From Salpingoeca rosetta (taxonomy: Eukaryota; Protista; Choanoflagellata): a stretch of 64,000 nucleotides of DNA. The notes beneath the pieces were generated by a model, which did not search any database, was not told the origin of the DNA, and saw only the letters and a list, made by a program, of their open reading frames with translations. Position 1 is the stretch's first letter. The number at the start of each line of letters is the position of its first letter. A program made the translations under genes and the position numbers. The stretch lies in assembly GCA_033442325.1 (NCBI GenBank), contig JAWQFM010000016.1, positions 378,097-442,096 on the forward strand, written 5' to 3'. Positions 55,258 through 64,000 of this stretch are shown in pieces.

Positions 55258-58200
55258 CTACAACTACAACAACAACGAACCTGTGTCCATGTCAATCTCG
55301 TAGCCAAGCAACTTCGGTGCAATGGCGTCTGGAGTAAAGCCATCCATGGGTTTGGCATCCTCTGAAGAAACTTCAACAACGTCGTTACCAGCCATGTCGC
55401 TAAACGCCCAGAACGGGAACGACACAAACACGCGCGTGACATTGAGGCCGATGCCCTTCAGCTTCATGGCATTTGCATCCGCAACAGAAATGGCAATCGT
55501 CACGACCTCAAGTCGCGTGTTGGGCCACGACAACAAGCTCGTGTGCAGTCGCTGAGATGCCGTCGCGGCCGTGGCGTTGTTAGAGGCCTGCAGTGACACA
55601 AACCATGCCTTGGTGTCGGTGGCATTCATCGTCTCTGAGAACGTCAGCGACAACAGCGGCTGCGTCAGGTTCATGTTCAGGGTCACGCTGAGCAGGCGAG
55701 GGCGCACAGCGTCGCCCACAAATGCTGACGCCTGCACAGCGCTGGTCCTGGGGATGCTCTCCAAACTGTTGACCGCAGCATCAACCACAAACCCAGCGTT
55801 TGCAAAGACATACGTTGTTTCGACACTCGTAAACAGGGACGTGTCGTCCTTCAAGAGGTTCAGCAGAGTGTTGTTGAGAGCAATGGTAAAGTTGAGGTCA
55901 ACGGCGTTTGCGGGAGAAGCAACAACGGCAGCAGTCCAGCCGCTGAGCATAATCACTGCCCCACCACCGTCAGCACGCGAGGTGAGAGAAAGGCCATCAA
56001 GCAAAACCAGCGACGGCACGACAGGCTCGTCAAACGAGAAGCGAAGCGTGCCAGAGGACATGTCAACGTCGAAGCCGAGGAGTTGGGGTGGTGTTGCATC
56101 CGCGGTGAAGTTGGCCGCAAAGATGGCGTCTAATGGCGGGTTGGAAACAATGGCATTGCCAGCCATGTCCTCGATAAAACCAGACGACAAAGACAGCCCG
56201 CTCGTTGCTTTGGAAGAAAACAGGAGCGGACGCAGTTTCAGTGCCGTCAGATCCTCATAATCAAGTGTCCAGTTCAGCACAAGCCCATTCGTGGTGGACA
56301 GCGTGCCCTCTCGAGTTGTGTTGTGACTCGCGTGCTGTGACCAGAACAACACGTTGTCAATTGGACGGCTCGTGTTGGCGCGCACGGGCTCCGTGAAGGT
56401 GATGCTGAGGGAGCCGGCGTCCATGTCCACCACAAACGACTCAACCGCCGGCGGCACCGCATCCCCAACAAACGACCGCACCCCAAGCGCTGCGTCCCCG
56501 CTCGTCGCCTCGCTCCCAACACCAAACACATCAGCAACAAGCGTCCCGTCGTGCCACACAAACGCCGTCTCCGCACTCGTCACAAGCGGCTCAAGCACCT
56601 TCATCGCATCCACGTCCGCCTTGGTCAGCGCAACATACACCCGCTCCTGGTCCTCGCTCCAGCTCACATCCCCTCCAACAAGCCGCCGCTCCGCAACAAT
56701 GCCACTCCCGCCACCAACGGCCCCTGCTGACTCCGCTGCCGACGCCGCTGCGCTCGCGTTCCCGTACGCCTGCAACACAAGCGCCGTCACATCCACCGTG
56801 CTCACATTCACGGCCTCGCTAAACTCAAGCCCAAGCACCTCAGACGTCATGTTCAGCGTCGCGTTCACCACAACCGGCGCCCGCGTGTCCGCTACATACG
56901 CTGCCACCTGCAGCGCTCGGTCCCCGGGCACCCCAATCACGTCGTTGCCTCGAATGTCGTCAAGCATCGCCGCCCCAACGCTCACATAGCTGTTCCCGCG
57001 ACGCCGCCCAACCCCGCCAACAAGCGCAAGCCCCAACACGTCCGCCGCCGCGAGATCAATCACCACCTCAAACCCAACATCGCTCTCCGTGCCGCTCCCG
57101 CCATCCTCAAGCAGCGTGTACCCAACAACGCCCCCAACACCAACCACCCCGCGCCCGCTCTGCACCGTCACATGCTCAACCTTCAGCGTCCCAGGATCAA
57201 CAACGTCGTCAAACGACAGCACAAGCTGCCGCGCCTGCATGTCAAGCACGCACTGCACCACGTTCGTCCGCTCAAGGTCCGCTGCGTGTGCCCGCGCCGC
57301 CTGCGCATCCTCCCGCCCAATCCCAAACACTGCGTTCCCCGCCATGTCCGCCACAAGCTCAGGCCCAAACCACATGAAGCTCGTCCCCGCATCCGCTGCA
57401 AGCCCCGCCTGCCGCTTGATCGCCGTCTCGTCGTCCTCGCTCAGCGACACCACAACCCAGCTCTGCCCAACCTCAACACCGCTCGCGGCCGCAACATCGC
57501 TTGCGCTGCCAACGCTGCTCACGTCGTTGCCGCCCCCGCGCACGCTGCTCCCCTCGCTCAGCCGGTGCATCTCAACCGTCGTACCAGCACCAGCACCAGC
57601 AGCACTCGCGTTCCGCACGCTCTGCAGCACAACCGCGCCAACATCAAACGTGCTCACGTTCACGGGCTCGTTGAACAGCAGCCGGATCTCAGCCGCCTCA
57701 AGGTCAACATCAAACGCTGCAAGCCGCGGCCCAACAACGTCCCCAATGTAACCCCGCGCACCAAGAGCGCCCGTCCGCTCAATCCCAACAACCCCGTTCG
57801 CCTCAAACGCCGTGTCCACAATCGCGCCAGCGCCCACGCTCAGGTACGTCGTGCCCGCGCTGGAGCCAACACGCCGCGCCTTGATCGCACGCATGTCCTC
57901 CCCGCTCACGTCAACCACAACCACAAGCACGCCCTCTGCCGTGCTGGACGGCGCGCTGCTCTCCGTCAGGCAGTACACCTGCTGCGCCGTGGTCTCGTTT
58001 GCCGTGGGCTGCAGGCACACCTGCGTGGTGTCGAGCGACGCCGGGTCCACAATCTCGCTGAAGGAGAGGATGAGCGACGCCGCGCTGACGTCCAGCACAA
58101 ACGACTCCAGCACCGGCGCAACCTCGTCACGCAGCAGCTGCTGCACGACAAAGCCTGGGAAGGACAGCCCTGTTCCCACAACCGGGTTGTCGTTCATGTC

Positions 58201-61200
58201 AAGGATGGCACCGTCGCCAAAGTAGATATAACAGTCTCGCTTGACAACACACACCAGCGTGTCCTGCTTCAACAGGTTGAGACTGATGGGCTCCAGCTGC
58301 ACAGCGATGAGCTGCGACGGCTGCGTCGACACAACACTGCCCTGCAGGTAGTCCACAGACGAGTAGCCGAGCTCCAGTGGCCCGCGCTCGTACGAGGACT
58401 GCAGTGACAGCGCCGACACGTTGAGCGAGCTGGCGTTGACTGTTTCATCGAAATACAGCACGAGCACACCCGTGTCCAAATCAATGGACTGGAAACCATC
58501 TGTTGGCAGACGGGGACGAATCACGTCCTCAAAGTACACGTCCACCACCTCTACCGCCTCTGGGACAACAAGACCCTCGGGGTCAGCAACAAAGCCCTCC
58601 TCCAAGTGCGCGACACAGTCGTCGCTTGCCGTGCACACGGGCACAGCCTTGAGCAAGTTGAGGTCCTGGGCCGACAGAATCACCGCCAGCGTGACCAAGT
58701 CGACGTCAATCACATGTGACGTGCTGGAGACGCGAAAGTCGACGGCGCCAGGCACGTTGCTGTCTGCCACGCTCGCGAGGAACCGAAGGTAAGTGATGTT
58801 TACTGCATTCACGTCCACAGGCTCCGAGAAGGCGAGCGTGATCACGCCCGTGGTCACGTTCACCTCGGAGAACACCAGCATCGGCGGCTGAGAGTCGGCA
58901 ATGAACGAGCGGGGGAATTCCGCAGCGGACAGTGGCACGGGAACAACCGGATTGCCGGCCATATCACGCACAAGCGATGGCCCAAAGCTGAGGGCCGTGC
59001 TGTTTCGCTGCGACGCCAAGGTGGTCGTTGCACGCAGGTACTCCGAATCTTCCACAGACAAGTACACCGTCACAAAAGAGTCGTTGACTTGAGACACATA
59101 TCCTCCAGTCAGCGTGTACACCTCCGAGGGACTGGCAGGGTTGTTGCTCAAGACGATGGATCGCACGTCAAACGTGGACACGTCAACGTTCTCGGAGAAT
59201 TGCATGTGCATGGTGGCATTCACCATGTTCACGTCGTACACCTCCAGCTGGGGCGCAATGGCGTCGCGCGTGTATTGGTTCACGGGAAGGGCCAGCGTCG
59301 TGTCAATGGCAAAGACCATGTTGGTGGCCGTGTCATCCGTCACGCCATCTTCCGTCACCAGATATGTGGTTCTGTTGGTGGTGGCCAGGTCAAACGCAAG
59401 CTCAAGCTCGCTCACATCCGCAGAGGACAACTTGGCCACGATTGTGGAAGGAAATCCTGCGCTAAGCAGCTGCCAGGACTCCAGCGCGGGTGCGCCAAGC
59501 CGCAGGGTGGATGTGGGCGAAGTGCGTGTGTTCTGCAGCGAAATCTTGGACAGGTTGAACGCTGCCGCCGACACGTTCTCGTCAAAGCTCAACGTTATCT
59601 CGTGCGAGGTCATGTTCAGGTCAAATGCCACGAGCCGTGGGCGCACCAGGTCCACGCGATACACGCGCGGAGCAGCGTCAGCGGACACAGCAATGGGCAC
59701 CATGGCGTTACCGGCCATGTCACGTGCAAACGTGCTCGTGCACGAGAGCACGGATGCCGTCTTGCTCTGCATCAGCGCTGGCACGGCCTTGATGGCCAGG
59801 CGGTCCGCGTCCGTGAGGTTGAACATGGCGCGGCGCGCGTCGATGCGCACCACGGGTGTACGGTCAGCCAGCGTCACGTTGAAGCGGCCTGTGTGGTCCC
59901 TGTTGAAGGTGAGCTGGGTGGCGTCGATGGAGGACGCGTTGATGGCCTCGTTGAACTCCAGCGTGACCGTGATGGGCAAAAGAAGACCATGCGCTCCCTC
60001 CGTCATTGTCAGGTCAAACGCCACCAACTCCGGTGGTGTGCGATCTGCCTCGTAGACACCGCCTGCACTCGCGGTGAGCGCAACAGCCTCGGCAGGCACG
60101 ACGGCGTTGCCCGCCATGTCAACCACGGTGTCGCTGGCAAAGGAGAGGAAGGTGGAGGCGGCGTCCACCGCGAGAGACGTGGCCATCTGCATGCGGTCCA
60201 GGTTCTCTCGCGTCAGGGTGAGGGTGAGCTCCGCAGGGTCGTTCATGATGCGGGTGGCGTCGAGTAGGCTGGGAACACCAACCACCTCGGCATCCACTCC
60301 GGGCGTGGCCATGGTCGCGTTGGCCGCGGACAGGAACACCAGCTTGCTGGCGTTGAAGGTGTTCACGTCGATGGGCTCCGTGAACGTGAGCGTCACGTTG
60401 CCGCTGTCCATGCTCAGGCTGTAGCCAATCAGTGCCGGGGCCACTGCATCTGGCACCAGCGTGCGCACAGCAACCTGCTCAACCGCAAGCACGCGGTTGC
60501 TCATGTAGTCGGTCACGAGCTGCGGCGTGAGGGACAGACAGGTCGTGTTGGCCAGTAGGCCAAGCGGCCGCCGCCACGCAAGCTCGTTGAAGTCAGACTC
60601 GTGCAAGTGCACGCGCAGCCCAAGCACGCCAAGCTCTTCAAGGGCTGGTAGAAACTCCAGCGTCCAGCTCGAGGTGACATTGGCGGTGACAATGACTGGC
60701 ATCATCGCGCCATTGACACCCGTGCCATTCCGCATCACCATCGTGTCGTTCAGCCATGTCTGATTGTTGTACAGGGAGGTGGCGTTCAGAAGAGTGCCGT
60801 TCACGACCGCGCTAGCGTTGCCAAAGAGTACGCTTGGATCAACGCAGTCCATGCTGACGGTGAGCTGCGTGACGTTGAACGTTGCTGGAACCACGGGCTC
60901 GACAAAGTACAGGTCGAGCGTCCTGTTGCTCATGTCGAGGTCAAAGGCGCTCAGCTGCGGCCGCACGTGGTCCTGCACAAACACCGCTGGAGCGTGGAGG
61001 TCCGCGGCGGTGCGCGGCACAACGGGCTGGCTCGCCATGTCACGCACAAACTGCGAGGTGATGGCAATAAAGGACGTGTTCCCGTTCACCATCAGCCCTG
61101 GGATGCGCATGATGTTGTAGATGTCGGCATGGGAGAGGTAAAACGCAATGCTCGTGTCGTTCACGCTCTCCGTCCTGGCGTCCATCACCGTGTAGGAGCT

Positions 61201-64000
61201 CAGGGAACTGGCATTATTGCTGTTGTTGCTGCTGCTGCTCTGAACCGCCGCCGACGCCGACGCATGGAAGGACAGCTGCGTGTAGTCGAGCGTGGTCACG
61301 TCCACGGGCTCCGAGAAGAACATGTCCACGCGAAGCTCGGGCCCACCGCCGTTGTGGCTCGTCGGGTCTGTGAGGTTCATGTCAATGTCAAACGCCAGCA
61401 GACGTGGCGAGACGGTGTCCGGGTAAAACGCGGACGCATGCAGCGCCGTTGCGTTCTCCGCCACGGTGTTGGGAATGAGCGTTCCGTTGACTGTCGACGC
61501 CGGTGTGGGGATGGGCACAACGGCAAAGTCCGACATGTCTGCCAGGAAGGTGGCGTTGTGGCTGATGTACGTGGTGGCCAGCGAGGAAGCGAGCGCAACG
61601 TCCCGCTTGATCTCGTCCATGTCGACCTTGAGCAGGTCCACCATGATCCACACGGCCGAGGGCCAAGGGTAGTACTCAATGTCCTCACCATACACGGTTC
61701 CACCCGTGAGCTGCACCGCGCCATCCCCTTGCGGAGGGACATTGTCGGCGTTGGCGTCATACCCGATGGGCAGCGCATCAGGTGTGGCCTGCAGCACAAT
61801 ATGGTCCGGGCGCACCGTGCTCACGTTGATGGCCTCCGAGAACTGCAGCCAGAGCGTTCCCGCAGTCATGTTGAGGGAGAAGTCCACGAGCTCCGGCGCA
61901 ACAGCGTCCACGACAAGCACATCCACCTTTCGGGTGATGGCCACCACGCTCTGCAGCTCCACCACGCTTCGCAGCGCGCCTTCCTGCAGCCGCACAAAGG
62001 TGTTGTCGCGCGTTGTGGCGAGGTCTGGTCGCCGCTTCAGCGCATTCAAATCGTGCTGTGTCAGCTGCACAACAATGTCAAAGCCATGCGGGCTGGCCGT
62101 CGAACCGCCCTGCAGCGTGTAGTACTCTGGAACCATGGCGCCGGGCACGATGTTCACAATGCCAGCGGACTGCTGTAGCACGATGCGGGTGGGGTCGAGC
62201 GTGGACGCGTTCACCACGTCGTCGAAGAACAGGTGCAGCTCCGCTGTGTTGATGTCAAGTGTCACGCGCTCCAGCACGGCTTGCGACGTGTCGGCCACGT
62301 ACGAGTCTGGTGGCACACCTTGAAAGGCGCTCACGGGGTCAGACGGCAGCCCAAACTTGTCCTCAATCACGCCGGGGCCCATGGCAAGGAAGGTGTTTCC
62401 AATGTTCGTGGCAATGGTGCCGTCGAGCTTGAAGCTGCGAATGTCCTCGCGGTTCAGCAGCACCTCAATGGACGTCTTGTCTGTCGTGGCGTAACGCACG
62501 CTGCCGCCCGTCAGGGGCACCACCGTCCCGCCAAGCCCGTTGGAGACGGAGATGATGCGAATGAGGTCGTACTGGATGGTGTCAATCTCAACCGCCTCGG
62601 AGAAGGTGAAGCGCAGCAGGTTGTCACGCAGATCAAACGCGTCAAAGGACACGAGCTCCGGGTTTGCCTCATCCGTCGTCACGGCAGACGCCTGCAGACC
62701 CTCGGCCATCGCCTGAATGGCGTTGTTGGACATGTCCGAGATGGCGCCAGCAGACAGCCGAATAAACGTGTCGTTCACGCCGGTGGCCATCCCCGTGACA
62801 GCCTTGATCTGGCGAATGTCTGCGGGCAACAGCTCCAGCGCCACAAGCGTCGAGTCGCGGCGGTCAGACACAAGCGTGGACCCCGTCAGCGTGTACGCGT
62901 TGCTGCTGTTGTAGATGCGGGTCCCCTGGATGGTGATGCGCTGCGCATCGGTCGTGGCGCCGTCAACCGTCTCGTCAAACGTGAGCAGCAGCTGCCCCAC
63001 GCGCTGGTCAAGCGTAAACGAGACAAGCTGTGGTGGCGTCGAGTCCGGCGTAAACGCGGCTGCACGCTCGTCCACGTTGAACGTGCCAACGGGGACGGCC
63101 TGCACCGGGTTGGCGTTCATGTCTGCAAACGCCGTCGCGTTGAAGCGCAGGTAGCACGTGGTGCGCGAGCGACAGATGCGCACCTGACCTGGTCGGAACT
63201 GCTTGAGTCGGTTCAGGTCGGCCACCGTCAGGTTCACCGTCACCTCAAGCACGTCCGGCGAAAACACGCTGCCGCCCGTGAGCTTGAAGAGATCCGTGGA
63301 GTCAAACGACTCCGCAAGCGCAATGGACGTGTAGTCGATGACAGAGACGTCAATAATTTCGTTGAAGAGCACCTTGATGCGCCCATAGTTGAGGTCAAAC
63401 CGCACAAAGTTCACCAGCTCTGGCCGGGTCGTGTCCTCCGCGAACGTGCGCACGCGCTTCGCAGCAGTGGGCGCAACCGCCCGCACTGCGTTGCCCGTCA
63501 TATCCTGCAGCAGCGAGCGCTGAACGGAAATGAAACACGTCGTGTTGGACACGCACAGGCCCTCCCGGACTTTGAGTGAGTTCAGGTCGTCAAACGTCAG
63601 CAGCACAGAGAAGGTCGTGTACGCAAATGGGTCGGGCTGTGACGCCGGATAAGGATGTGTGTTGAACACTGCGCCGCCAGTGAGCGTGACACTCTGCACG
63701 GGTGCAGACACAGACCCGCTGCTGATGCTGAGGTTGGTGTTCACGGCATGCGACTGCAGCGTGATGCTCTGCACATGAATTGTGGACGCGTTGTACGCCT
63801 CGTTGAAGGTCAACGTGAGCACCTCCGACGTCAGGTTCAGGTCGAACGACACGAGCTCGGGCGCAATCATGTCTGGGATCAGCAGTGCAGCGCGTTCGGC
63901 ATCGTCCGCCCCGCGGGCCACAACATCAACGCCATTCATGTCCCTGACCATGCCCTGCGCAAAGGAAAGCCATGTGGACGCGGGATCCATGGCGAGGCGT
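54954..64000 (-). CDS. 3' part (>2,900 aa) of a giant extracellular-type protein made of ~130-aa beta-rich repeats; exons >64000-55281 and 55057-54954
   Basis: 21 complete repeats plus partial ones at both ends, consensus D-x-x-x-P-x-L-x-x-F-x-L-[DN]-M...L-x-L-x-F-x-E-x-V...LTGG...L-x-x-x-D-x-x-x-[LI]K...DM-x-GN-x-V; many N-x-S/T sequons. A phase-1 intron at 55280-55058 continues the repeat as DMDTG|EVLLVFDEPVEADSLDV, then TGA. Confidence 0.88.

Noticed and set aside
55322-63579. Multiple 200-450 aa plus-strand ORFs over the giant gene
   Set aside because: Antisense shadows caused by GC-rich codon bias; no recognisable motifs.

Overview
Gene-dense, intron-rich eukaryotic DNA with microsatellite-packed introns ((TG)n, (CA)n, (CAY)n). 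The style and gene content suggest a choanoflagellate, most likely Salpingoeca rosetta; this is an inference, not shown by the sequence. Twelve protein-coding genes can be reconstructed. In order: GPAA1 (5'-partial), an intronless bacterial-type sulfotransferase, a PIN-LIKES/auxin-efflux-family transporter, endophilin B, POLD1, a TIP30/HTATIP2-like oxidoreductase, a tandem two-domain GNA1, HGD (one exon apparently in an assembly gap), TMEM234, a ~3,180-aa mucin-like type I membrane protein, FANCI, and the 3' 9 kb of a giant repeat protein. Most interesting observations: (1) The mucin-like receptor combines ~35 Ser-Gly sites, a SEA-like module with an RSRR site, TNFR-like Cys repeats and a tail with three dystroglycan-like P-x-Y-x-x-P-P-x-Y motifs. 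(2) The giant protein has ~130-aa repeats with a 12-unit super-repeat and ends mid-repeat with no C-terminal anchor. (3) The introns have a systematic polarity, G/T-rich at the 5' end and A/C-rich at the 3' end, so they could fold back on themselves. (4) GNA1 is a single-chain tandem fusion. (5) Canonical E2F sites lie upstream of POLD1. Exon boundaries were derived by hand and some are approximate.
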